Shown here: piece by piece, positions 51,897 to 63,317 of the stretch | How positions within the stretch are numbered: the first letter of the stretch is position 1 | How the letters are laid out: each line of letters begins with the position of its first letter | From: Amphiscolops sp. MND2022 | Taxonomy: Eukaryota | NCBI GenBank assembly: GCA_964187785.1 | Contig: OZ076409.1 | Location: 3,536,001-3,600,000, forward strand | Reading direction: 5' to 3' | DNA: 64,000 nt | Notes under the pieces: model-generated | The model's input: only the letters and a program-made list of their open reading frames with translations | The model's database searches: none | Told to the model about the DNA's origin: nothing | Translations under genes and position numbers: made by a program

Positions 51897-54800
51897 CGAT
51901 GGAGCGATTTAGAGCACTGCTAGTAAAAGGCCTAAACAAAACGGCACAACTTTTGCTAATGGATTATGAAAAAAAATTGAATCTGGCACTTTTGTGTAAG
52001 TTATTCCGGGATTCAACGATAAATATCATCACCCTGCCAAGTAAATGTCTATGGTGGCTGCCGTCAACTTAACAAAAAGGTATACTGAGGCTTTTTGCCT
52101 TCTAAGCAAGCACCGTTGTTCCCTCGAGATGCTGCGCAACCCTCGGAACACCGGTGACAAAGAATTTTGCTAACCGATTTGCAAAAACTTAATTATCACT
52201 TTAAGGCATTTTTTGGCATAACTTATGCCCTAGGGCTGTTTTGCTTGGTACAGAAGGTACACCCCAGCCCCCTAATCAGTTTCAAGTTTGCTGCAGCTGC
52301 TTCCAGTACTGCATCAAATCCAACTCAAAGTGATACAATTAATTCTCATCCAATCACTCATAATGACATACACCCCAAAAATCGAATTTTTAATTATGAT
52401 CCCCCCAGGTGTATGAATTATGTTTTTGAAACCGCCATTGAATGCTGATAATTTTTGACCTTATTGTCAGAGACCGTGCGGACCGTTCCGGCTTCTCAAA
52501 TCAGTGATTTGATGATAGTGATTCAGTCAAAAAAATTATTTTGGCACTTTTCGGCACTTTGGTTGCCCCCCGGGGGAAATTTTTTGCACCGTTCGAAAGA
52601 CCGTTGACCGCTGATGATTTTCATAAAAGTGCACTTTGCCGCTATCGGTATTCCTTCAAGGTGAAAATGGCCTTTGATTCGGTGATTGATTAATCAATGT
52701 TAAAAAAGGTTAAAAAAACCAAAAAAACGCAAAAAAACCCTCGAAAATGAATTTTCCCAGAAAAACGTCAGCAGGAAAAAGTTCTTAGAATTTGCTCTTC
52801 TATCTGTGTGCAAATTTTCAGCCAAATCCAATGGTTCATTTTCGAAATCGTCTCCGGAGCACCCCTGATCGGGGTTTGTAATAGATGATATGATGGGCTC
52901 GGCTCGGGGCCCCTCCCCCGGCTCGCAAAATTTTTTTGAGGGCTGATATGCCCGGACCACCTAGCGATGGAGCGATTTAGAGCACTGCTAGTAAAAGGCC
53001 TAAACTTAACAGCGCAACCTTTGCTAATGGAGTATGAAAGAGAAATATTGAGGCTAGCAATTTTTTGGAAGTTATTCTGGGATTGAACGATAAATATCAT
53101 CACCCTGACGAGTGAATGTCTATGGTGACTGCCGTCAACTTAACTCAAGGGATTTTGTGGTTTTTTGCTTTCTAAGCAAGCACCGTTGTTCCTGCGAGAT
53201 GCTGCGCAACTCTCGGAACACCGGTGACAATAAATTTTGCTGAACGATTTGCAATAACCTAATCATCACTTTGAGGCATTTTTGGCACAACTTATGCCCT
53301 AGGGCTGTTTTGCTCGATACAGAGGGTAAACCCCAGCCCCATAATCAGTTTCAAGTTTGCTGCAGCTGCTTCCTGTGCTGCATCATATCCAACTGAAAGT
53401 GATACAATTATTTCTCATCCAATCACTCATAATGACATATACCCCAAAAAATCAACTTTTTTCTGATGTCTCCTACAGGTGAACGAATTACATTTTTGGA
53501 ACCCCCATTGGATGCTGACAATTTTTGACCTTATTGTCCGAGACCGTGCGGACCGTTCCGGCTGCTCAAATCATCAATTTGATCAAAGTGATTCAGTCAA
53601 AAAAATAATTTTGGCACTTTTCGGCACTTTGGTTTCCCCCGGGGGGAAATTTTTTCGGACCGTTCGAAAGAACGTTGACCGTTGATGATTTTCATAAAAG
53701 TGCACTTTGCCGCTACGGGCTTTCCTTCATGGTGAAAATGGCCTTTGATTCGGTCATTGATTAATCAAAGATGAAAAAAGATGAAAAAAACCAAAAAAAA
53801 CCCAAAAAAACCCTACAAAATGAATTTTCCTGGAAAAACGTCAGCAGAAAAAAATTCTTAAATTTTTGAGATAAAGCCACATGCAAAGTTTCAGACAAAC
53901 CCTACGGGTGAATTTCGAGATCGGTTAAAATACTTCGCAATCCTGAAGGTAGGAATTGATAGAATGTGCTCGGCTCTCGGGACCCTCCCCGGCCTCGCAA
54001 TATTTTCTGAAGCGATTTAGAGCACTGCTAGGTAGAGGCTTAAACAAAACAGTTGAAAGTTTGTTACTGAAGTATGACACAAACAAATATCCCACGCTAA
54101 ATCTTTTGTGTATGTTGTTCACAATTCAACAATAAAAATATCATCACACTGCCGAAAAAGGCCAATGGTGACCTCCGTCACGTCACCAAAGAGGTATGTT
54201 GGGTTTTGCGTTCGAAACAAGCACCGTTGTTCCTGCGAGATGCTGCGCAACTCTCGGAACACCGGTGACAATAAATTTTGCTGAACGATTTGCAATAACC
54301 TAATCATCACTTTGAGGCATTTTTTGGCACAACTTATGCCCTAGGGCTGTTTTGCTCGATACAGAGGGTAAACCCCAGCCCCATAATCAGTTTCAAGTTT
54401 GCTGCAGCTGCTTCCTGTGCTGCATCATATCCAACTGAAAGTGATACAATTATTTCTCATCCAATCACTCATAATGACATATACCCCAAAAAATCAACTT
54501 TTTTCTGATGTCTCCTACAGGTGAACGAATTACATTTTTGGAACCCCCATTGGATGCTGACAATTTTTGACCTTATTGTCCGAGACCGTGCGGACCGTTC
54601 CGGCTGCTCAAATCATCAATTTGATCAAAGTGATTCAGTCAAAAAAATAATTTTGGCACTTTTCGGCACTTTGGTTTCCCCCGGGGGGAAATTTTTTCGA
54701 ACCGTTCGAAAGACCGTTGACCGTTGATGATTTTCATAAAAGTGCACTTTGCCGCTACGGGCTTTCCTTCATGGAGAAAATGGCCTTTGATTCGGTCATT

Positions 54801-55076
54801 GATTAATCAAAGATGAAAAAAGATGAAAAAAACCAAAAAAAACCCAAAAAAACCCTACAAAATGAATTTTCCTGGAAAAACGTCAGCAGAAAAAAATTCC
54901 TAAATTTTTGAGATGAAGCCACATGCAAAGTTTCAGACAAATCCTACGGGTGAATTTCGAGATCGGTTAAAATACTTCGCAATCCTGAAGGTAGGAATTG
55001 ATAGAATGTGCTCGGCTCTCGGGACCCTCCCCGGCCTCGCAATATTTTCTGATGGGCATCCCCCTTGACCACCCAG
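51897..55076 (+). repeat. Family-2 (E-type) units x3: 51897-52964, 52965-54010, 54011-55076 (~1.05 kb each)
   Basis: Head (CGATGG)AGCGATTTAGAGCACTGCTAG; hairpin CACCGTTGTTCC..GGAACACCGGTG at 52111, 53181 and 54222; GG(A/G)CCC(C)TCCCC tail box. Confidence 0.9.
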
Positions 55077-57153
55077 TGGAGGCAAAGCTACCAATTACCA
55101 GGGGGCCGAACGGTACTGTCTGTTCTCAATTCATGTATAACTTGTTCCACTTTGGGGTCACTGATGTGAATTTTTGCCGATGCACATCGCAACGACGTAC
55201 ATAATCATGTCGAACAAAACTAAACAGTGACTGCCTTCGGTCGTAACAAGTATCTACAGCCTTCCTTCCGGGTCACCGTTGTTCCTGCGTGCTGCTGTGC
55301 ATCCCTCGGAACACCGGTGACAAATTAAATTACGTTTTAAAATCGTGCTACTTATGCATTTGCCTCAACCCTGAGTATTTTTCAAATACTTACTGAAACT
55401 GGTATATCAAGCTGGTGAAAGCGGTCAATATTAAAAATAAACCCATTTTGACGCCGTTGACGCGATAATTAATGTGATTTTTGAATTCCTGGTATAAAAA
55501 TACAATGGAAACTGAAAAATTTTTTTTTTGAAAAAATTCGCAATTTTTAGAATTTTTGTAGAACTTTTGTAGAACTTTTTTATTTTTTATTTTTTATCCT
55601 GGCAACGTGATGTTGAAAACACATCGACTGCACTGCTACCGTTCAAGTAAACACCATCTCATCCAAAGTTCGGAAGTTATGACGCGATGACCGGATAATT
55701 CACAATTTTCCACTCATTTATCCCCTTCTATCTCTCAGCCTAGTATCACCAGCCTAATGATTTTTGGCATGCAAACACCTGACATCATTTATGCCTCGCA
55801 TGCAAAGTATCAGCCAATTGTATCCACATGCTGCAGATATCGCAGCGAAAAAGTACCGAAACAGGGTGAAAAAACCGATCATTTGCTCATAACTTCCCGC
55901 CAAGTAATAGGATCATGTTTGACCAGCAGAACATCATTTGTACATCGGCAAGATAAGTACACATGCAAAGTTTAAAGAAGTTTTATCGGTTCAATTCGAA
56001 AATCGCCGTTTTTTGACTGGTGTGCTAGATGATATAGTTCGACACGCGAAAATTAAGCTCGGCATCGGGACCCTCCCCGGCCTCGCACTAAATAATGTGG
56101 GGAACTACCCCGGACCACCCAGTGGAGGCAAAGGTACAATCACGAGAAAGGCCGTAATGACAATTTAGAGATAAGCAATGAGGCGAAAATCACAGGATAA
56201 CGACCATCAATTGTTTGCTCGGTACAAAAGTTGCTCAAAAGTGTTCTTTTATCTGCAATATTTCATCCTATAACGCACGCGCGAAGCACCGCAGGTGATG
56301 TACAGGGCATGGTTGTTTGTTATCACCGTTCTTCCTCCGAACTGCTTCGCGGTCCTCCGGAGAACGGTGATGTTGTTATTTACAATTCAACAAAAGTTTA
56401 CTGACACATTAAGTTGCAACAACTGAAGCAACAGTTCAGTATTGTCTCATGTACCTTTTCTGACCTCTGAAACCCCTTTAATTGTCACCGCAAGTGCAGA
56501 GTCACTTCTTTTTCGCGTCCAAAATGTGAAAAAGCATCGGAAAACGAAAAATTTTTTTTTTGAAAAATTCGCAACTTTTAGAATTTTGGTTGAACTTTTG
56601 TAGAACTTTTATGTTTTTTATTTTTTATCCTGACCAAGCGATGTTGAAAACACATCGACTGCACTGCTACCGCTCAAGTAAACACCATCTCATCCAAAGA
56701 TCGGAAGATTTGACGCGATGACCAGAAAATTGACGATTTTTAACTTCTTTTTCCTCTTCTATCTCTCAGCCTAGTATCACCAGCCTAATGATTTTTGGCA
56801 TGCAAACAGCTGACATCATTTATGCCTCGCATGCAAAGTATCAGCCAATTGTATCCACATGCTGCAGGTATCGCAGCGAAAAAGTACCGAAAATGGGTGA
56901 AAAACCCGATCATTTGCTCATAACTTCCCGCCAAGGGATAGGATCATGTTTGACCAGCAGAACATCAGTCATACATCGGCAAGATGAGTGCACATGCAAG
57001 GTTTCAAGAACTTTTATCGGTTCAATACGAAAATCGCCGTTTTTTGACATGTGATCTATAGGATATAGTACGACACGCGAAAATTATGCTCGGCATCGGG
57101 ACCCTCCCCGGCCTCGCACTAAATAATGTGGGGAACTTCCCCTGACCACACAG
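55077..57153 (+). repeat. Family-3 (F-type) units x2: 55077-56122, 56123-57153
   Basis: Head TGGAGGCAAAG; hairpins at 55272-55321 and 56322-56371; 3' ~600 bp shared; ends GACCACCCAG / GACCACACAG. Confidence 0.85.
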
Positions 57154-58253
57154 TGGAGGCAAAGGAACCAATTGCCAGTCAGGCGTGTAAAGGATACAAT
57201 GTTTCATTGTTACGTTTCGTCTTTGTTTTTCCTAAGCGAAAGTGAAAAGATAAGGTATTAGACAATGAGGACTTTGTATGTTATTATAAACAGGGGTAAA
57301 ATTTTGATGAAAAACAGATGTCATCGGTAACAATTCAATTCATTATAGGAAGCTTCATAACTGAAGAATTTAAGGTATTTCAATTCCATTCCTAAATGTT
57401 AAAACTTTTAGGGTTACAACTAACGCTGTACGGAAATAGAGTTATGAGATCGTTGATACAAAAGAAAGGTGTAGTCAGCAAAGGACAAAACAACTGCAGC
57501 ATGCATAAAATGTAGAACACTGTAAATACCGAGCTAAACTTTAGGTTGCTATGACTGCTGTAGGTAATACTATACAGAGATCAGAAGACTAAAAAGAGTG
57601 TACAATTTGCTAACAGTTGTCATTATTGGCGATGGCCAGAAAAGGCCAAGCGGATTACACTTTCTCAACCAAATTGGTATGACAACACTACGCATAACAC
57701 CAAATTTGAAATGTCCTGAACAAAATAATCATGATTAAAACAATGTATACGTATAGCGCAGAGAACATGGTAAGTATTTGACTCGGTATTGGGTAGGGTA
57801 AGCTGTAAATAAATGTTTAAACTGTAACAGGTGTGAATAGTCGTAACTATGAAGTTACTCAGCGGATTGAACTTGTTAGCACTTTAAAAAAGTCAATACA
57901 CATACACAATTATAGCAACACTGTTTTTCTAGAAATTAACAAAATATATCGAGGTAAACAACCTATATCAAGATTTGCCGAATTGTATACCCGTATGTGT
58001 TTACATATGTTAAAATGAGGTAAAAAACAACGTTATTTTAAACAGCGACCTGGGTTGAAGAACAACCACAAATTGGAAGTTTAAACAACCGAAATAAGTG
58101 TAAATATAAAGCAAGGATTGACGATGAACACATCATTGACAGCCTATGTGTTACAAGGACAAGGGCAAGAAACAGTGACTGTTGATTTTGAAAAGGCAAA
58201 ACATCATCCGTTCGGAAAAAGCGTTGATGTTAAACTTCAGAATCATGTGGGAA

Positions 58254-59234
58254 TCAATCGTGACCAGCTGGTCGGAGAGGAGGCGGAGGATTGTCTTCAT
58301 GATTATTTTGGCCAACATCGTACTTCCGGTCGTCAGGAATCATCACGGTTGCCCTTATTCGGCATATTTGGACACGACTAATAGTTTGAGCAATGTTTTC
58401 TTCAGATAGTCCGCTTTTATAGTAACCGGTCACAAGCCAACCACCATTGTCGTTGACATAGTGCTGAATGTTACGGACACATTGCCTCAAACGTTGAACA
58501 ACAATATCTGTAGCTGGAAGAGCCAGTGTTCCAGTAGTACAAAAGATTTTATTTAACTGCAAACTCTGAAGGACTTCTCCAGATAGAGGATCTTCTTCCA
58601 CATTGTCAATAGCTGTAGAAAAAATTCGGCAACTTATGGCCCAAGCGGATACAGCACTCTTTTGAATGCATGCGCAATTGCTACTTTTCACAATTCGTCT
58701 ATCGCAGAAGACACCACTGCAAGTAGGAGAAGCGACATTTGTTTGAATGAATGACAATTGAGTGTTGTTCAACTGGAACTTCGTGAGAGCAGTTGTTAAC
58801 GGGTTTATAACAATAGGAGACGGACGAAGGTTCATACCATTGTCGGCAGCAAGCTCTAAAGGTCTTCTAACCTCGAAAATTGGGTTACTGCGATCGTTTC
58901 CTAGGCACAACCCACTGAAAATGGGCTCGTGTACATGCACTAAAGCACCTACAGTCAAGAGAGGGTGTCTGAATATACTTGACGATTCTTGGGCGGTAGT
59001 AGTTATTACAGCAAAACATGCTGCTGATTGAAGTTCCCCAATAATAACCAATCTATCGTAGGACGAATCCATAGAAGTTTTTTTAACTCTCCCCACATTA
59101 GGACGAAAGGTCTGCAATGGCCTATCGTGACGTTTTGCAGTTAGAATTATACCCGACACATATGTGTCTTCACTTTGCCGAAGGAAGTTAGGATGGATGA
59201 CATCAGTAACATTAACTTCGCGCAAGTTCGCCAT
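58254..59234 (-). CDS. Hypothetical protein (~326 aa from MANLREV), Cys cluster CSGVFCD..CAC, possible OB-fold-like beta-rich N-half
   Basis: Longest ORF in the window (335 codons) with protein-like composition; TTTTCAG acceptor-like site 5 nt before the ATG at 59234. The fold is a guess. Confidence 0.7.
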   Translation of the reverse strand: MANLREVNVTDVIHPNFLRQSEDTYVSGIILTAKRHDRPLQTFRPNVGRVKKTSMDSSYDRLVIIGELQSAACFAVITTTAQESSSIFRHPLLTVGALVHVHEPIFSGLCLGNDRSNPIFEVRRPLELAADNGMNLRPSPIVINPLTTALTKFQLNNTQLSFIQTNVASPTCSGVFCDRRIVKSSNCACIQKSAVSAWAISCRIFSTAIDNVEEDPLSGEVLQSLQLNKIFCTTGTLALPATDIVVQRLRQCVRNIQHYVNDNGGWLVTGYYKSGLSEENIAQTISRVQICRIRATVMIPDDRKYDVGQNNHEDNPPPPLRPAGHD

Positions 59235-61463
59235 GAATCCTGAAAAGAACGTAAACATCAATCAGAAAATTAATTAAACGTCAACCTATGATATAAAATG
59301 TACAGCAATGGTCATTGGGGTAACCGTATATGAAACGCAACAAAGAGATCAAAGCATGCAAAACGTCCTGAAAGGATATCTTTTAAAGTGGCTTAGGAAA
59401 ACAACAGATTAGCCGTTAAAAATTATCGTAACGGATATTAGAGAAAGTTGACGGAGTCTTTAAATTTCAATTCAGGTACGTTTCAAGTATGAAGACGATG
59501 CGCAAATTTTAGTCATAAAGGCCCGGACAAAAAGATAGAGGAATACTGGAAAGGCAATGTTAAAATGGTAGTTTTGTAGACGACGTTTCAAAGGACTGGA
59601 CTCTATTACAGTAATCAAATGCTACAGTGCATTCAAATGCAGAACTAAAAAGGCCTTGGATGATTCCGTTTAGAACCTTGAACAAAAACATTTGAACTAT
59701 CAACAGTTTATCAGATGAAAATCAGTGACACTTGCAATATTGGCAAACGAAAGTGTCAACTCTTTTTGGTTGTAAAAACTAATTGAACATTAGTGCAATA
59801 AGGATATACAATGTATGTGATTACTGTAACGCCACAACAAGATACAATTGACAACCTTTATCCGGTGGGTGAATGACTCTCAATGACAAGTTTCTGTTAT
59901 GCAAAATACAATGGAACAAAATAAGTGAATTGATTATACTGAAATAAAACAAAATGTATCACAAGGGCGTAACATTATAATACCCAATAATATGGAATTT
60001 AAGGATATGAATTACATTTGATTATCAGTGAACATGTTATGATGGAATGCACTAAACTCAATTGCATTTCTTGTACGTGGGAATTACCCATGTAACAGAT
60101 GAACATGTAGTTTGGAACCAAATACGCCAATGGAGCTAAGCGAACCTTCAACAATTGGGAAGAAGGTGCATATTGAAAAACTAGCTTGATTTGCACGCAA
60201 GCGTGCAAATCAAGCCAATCCTGTTGGTGATTTATGTATGAAGAGAAAGACAATTTTGATTTCAATAATGCCATTTTTTGGAGGTTGGAAAAGACGCAAT
60301 AGTAAAATGCTATAAATATCTGAATTCATAGTCACCATAGGTTGAAGGTAGGTATGTGGTTCCAAAGGAAAAGCAAAAGGAGGCATATTTTTGTTGCCGT
60401 AAAGTACTGAATTGTCAGACGTGTAAATGTTTAAAACTCAGAAAAAAAGTCAAAACAAAAAAGCAGCTCTCAATGTAAGTGTTCAAACGGGTTGAAGAAC
60501 AACCACTGGATAATGCTGATACATGTGTGGAACATGTACGTCACTGAAAGAAGTGTAACAAGGAGCAAAATCACAAACTGAAAATTTGTACAAAGTTCTT
60601 ATACAAATCCGAAGTTGAAGCCAGTACTGAATAATATAGTACAACGCAATTGATGACACTGAACGAAATTGTTGAACAAATCGTTTGGAAATCATTTGAA
60701 TGAGGAGATACATTGTGATTAGTAGTTTCAAACAGTCGTGAACTGTCTAAAATTAAAGAGACAAGCAAATAAAGACTGATGTAAAAGAATGAAGAGTTCA
60801 GTGTACAAATAATCAATGAGCAAATAAAGCACAATTGTAAACACAAGTTCAACTCACTGTTCAATCCAAAATTAATACAAATTGAGCTATGAAATGCACT
60901 TGTGCTGTTGGACACAAGACCCTGAAAAGTAACAATAAAAAAACATTCTGCGGAAAACCAATTCTTCCAAGCTACTGATGATTTCACACAACAGTTGCAG
61001 ATGTAAATGGGTAAACTGCAAAACGAAAGGCTAGTAAATGAAACCGAGTATTAATGACATGTTTACAACATGACCCATGTACGATTATAGTACGGCTTGG
61101 ACGGAATTAAAAACGTCCGTTTTAAAGGTATTGCAATTATTTTTTTAAAGTTGATACGGAAAGGTATGTTGATGTTAGTTTGAAAAATTGATTGCAATAA
61201 AAAAATTCGTCAGAAATTGAAGACTACATTGGGAAGTAACAATGAGAAGGAAATAACATTTTTAAATGTATAACAATGTTACGAAACATCCTACGTTAAC
61301 AATCGTTGTTTTCAATGAAAAATGTGAAAGAATGGAAACCCTTGCTGTATCAACAAACAAATTATAAACAGCAAGCACGCTACCCAATTCGTAATTCAGA
61401 GAAAAAAGTTCAAATTGTAATGAAAACAAAATCATGAGCAGAATTAATGTGTATTTCCGATAA

Positions 61464-62036
61464 CTAACGACCTTGATGACGACGTCGCTGCGCAGAGCGG
61501 TTCCTGTTAATTCTTTTGTATAACATCAATTGATGCAGATTATTTGCACCAAACACACGTTGAATGAAATGATGTTCTACTTCAAGATTGACATGGAAAT
61601 AGTTCATTGCTAGCAAATCACGATAGTGTCTTGACAGTAATGGTCGTAATTTAATGAAGACGATATTTTCAGTGAAGGGCTCCAGATGATCGTCCACATT
61701 GAACACTGCATCAGGTCTTGGAATGTAGCAAAACGCAACAACATTCAATGTTGCCAGGTGCTCTAGTTCAGCCCGAAATTGCATTGGGTTAAGGGGCTGT
61801 GTTGATTGAGTGGGATGATGCGATATACTGTTGGAGATAACATCGTGCCAAAGTATAAACTGTTCAGTTCTCCAGTTTCTTTTCCTAATTACCTGATGCA
61901 CATTTTTCAGACAATTCGAATTGACAAGGGACATTCCTGGTTCTGTGACAACCTGATTTTCGAAAGGCCACAATTGGAAAATGGGGTTATTGACGGCGTG
62001 GTGCAAACTGGAGGCCCCAATTACAGTTACTTGCAT
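61464..62036 (-). CDS. SGNH/GDSL-hydrolase-like protein (~190 aa from MQVTVIGASS)
   Basis: N-terminal VTVIGASS resembles block I (GDS), then PG, ILWHDVISN (block III-like) and C-terminal NYFH (DxxH-like); motifs are degenerate. TTTACAG acceptor-like site 7 nt before the ATG. Confidence 0.55.
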   Translation of the reverse strand: MQVTVIGASSLHHAVNNPIFQLWPFENQVVTEPGMSLVNSNCLKNVHQVIRKRNWRTEQFILWHDVISNSISHHPTQSTQPLNPMQFRAELEHLATLNVVAFCYIPRPDAVFNVDDHLEPFTENIVFIKLRPLLSRHYRDLLAMNYFHVNLEVEHHFIQRVFGANNLHQLMLYKRINRNRSAQRRRHQGR

Positions 62037-62614
62037 CTTCGATCTGTAAATAAGCATGATGTTTATGGTGAATTTTGTGAAACGGAAAATGAAAGTTATC
62101 AATTGCCAACAAAGCACAGTTAAAAAATGTGTCAAAACCCTAAGTAATAACCCTAATTCTAAAATGATTTTGAAAACATTGTAATGAAGTAAAGGGGAAG
62201 GTTAGAGCGACATGTAACTTGTTACGCTAAAGTAATCAATTGAACAATTAATTCGAACTTGAACAAATCTGTAAGTAAAGAAGACAAAATTTATTCAAAA
62301 ATTGGATAGCAGTTTCCAGCAGTAATTGTTTGGTTAGAAGTTTCATAGGCACGACAAGAATAACAATGCTAAAGCAGGGCTTTTGAGAAATTTCGACAAC
62401 AAACATTAGTAACGGAATGCAGGAAAAACAAAAGTTTAATAAAATTGGGTTGAAAAATGACCACAGATTCGATTTCTGTTGAAAATAGCACCGCTGAGTT
62501 CATTGACAAAGATATTGAGTGCATTGACAATCAATTATAATATGTACCATAGTTGCGGAGCATACTGTAACAACATAATAGAAAGTAAACTGAGGAATAC
62601 CAAGTAGAATAATC

Positions 62615-62903
62615 GGGTTGAGGAACAACCACAGATATAAACTTGATTGAGCAACAAGAGTACAGTTCATCCAAAGTTAACGTATGTGCAACACGGATTT
62701 CGACTGGGTTGACGAACAACCACAAAAATAAGAGTTTATGGAATAGGGGTTGAGGAACAACCACAGATATAAACTTGTTGGAACAACAAGAGTACAGTTC
62801 ATCCAAGGTTGACTTATGTGCAACACGCATTTTGACTGGGTTGACGAACAACCACAAAAATAATGGAGAAGAGTTTATGGGATAGGGGTTGAAGTACAAC
62901 CAA
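62615..62903. repeat. ~132 bp tandem duplication containing GGGTTGANGAACAACCAC motifs
   Basis: 62615-62746 repeats at 62747-62885 with a small insertion. Confidence 0.85.
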
Positions 62904-63317
62904 TGATATCTAAACTGTTCATTGCGACAAATTACAACATTAATTACCGTGTACTACAAAACTGAAGGGGTTGATGAACAACCACATTGTTCAAGTAAAC
63001 AACACGGCGAAACAGTTGAAGACATTGACTAACGACCTCTTTTGCAATGGGGTGTGTGAACATTCACTACAGAAAAATTATTTGAAGCATTGAAAGTTTG
63101 GTTTTGTTATCAGTGGGGCAAATGAAACCAAGGAACGCAGCTCTAAAGTAACTGTGAAATTAGAGATTCGCAGTGTAATGCAGGTTCAATTGCAGTAACA
63201 TTATACAAATCCATCAGCACGGAACATCCAGAAAGGTAATCAAGAGCAGTGGGATTGGAAGATTGGTTTTGTAGTCTCATTGCTACTTGCCAATGTCTCT
63301 CAAATTGAGCGTGAACA

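Larger units (their letters stand above)
1..57153 (+). mobile_element. Head-to-tail array of 26 non-autonomous Helitron-like (putative rolling-circle) units of several subfamilies
   Basis: Junction cores CACC(T/C)AG end at 3605, 5603, 7575, 9580, 12371, 14383, 16377, 18367, 20342, 22354, 24325, 26331, 28341, 33102, 35088, 39851, 41851, 43127, 45120, 47127, 51896, 52964, (54010 deleted), 55076, 56122 and 57153 (CACACAG variant). Most ends have a short GC hairpin 10-11 nt before CTAG, like the Helitron 3' hairpin + CTRR. The canonical 5'-TC start is absent, so the class assignment is inference. Confidence 0.6.

Noticed and set aside
59999..60987. ORFs 59999-60274, 60483-60731 and 60571-60987 (minus strand)
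   Set aside because: Short, overlapping, compositionally biased, with no motif; cannot be supported as genes, though small exons are not excluded.
62531..62899. 122-aa ORF with internal repeat
   Set aside because: The peptide repeat is the translation of the 132-bp DNA duplication; non-ATG start.
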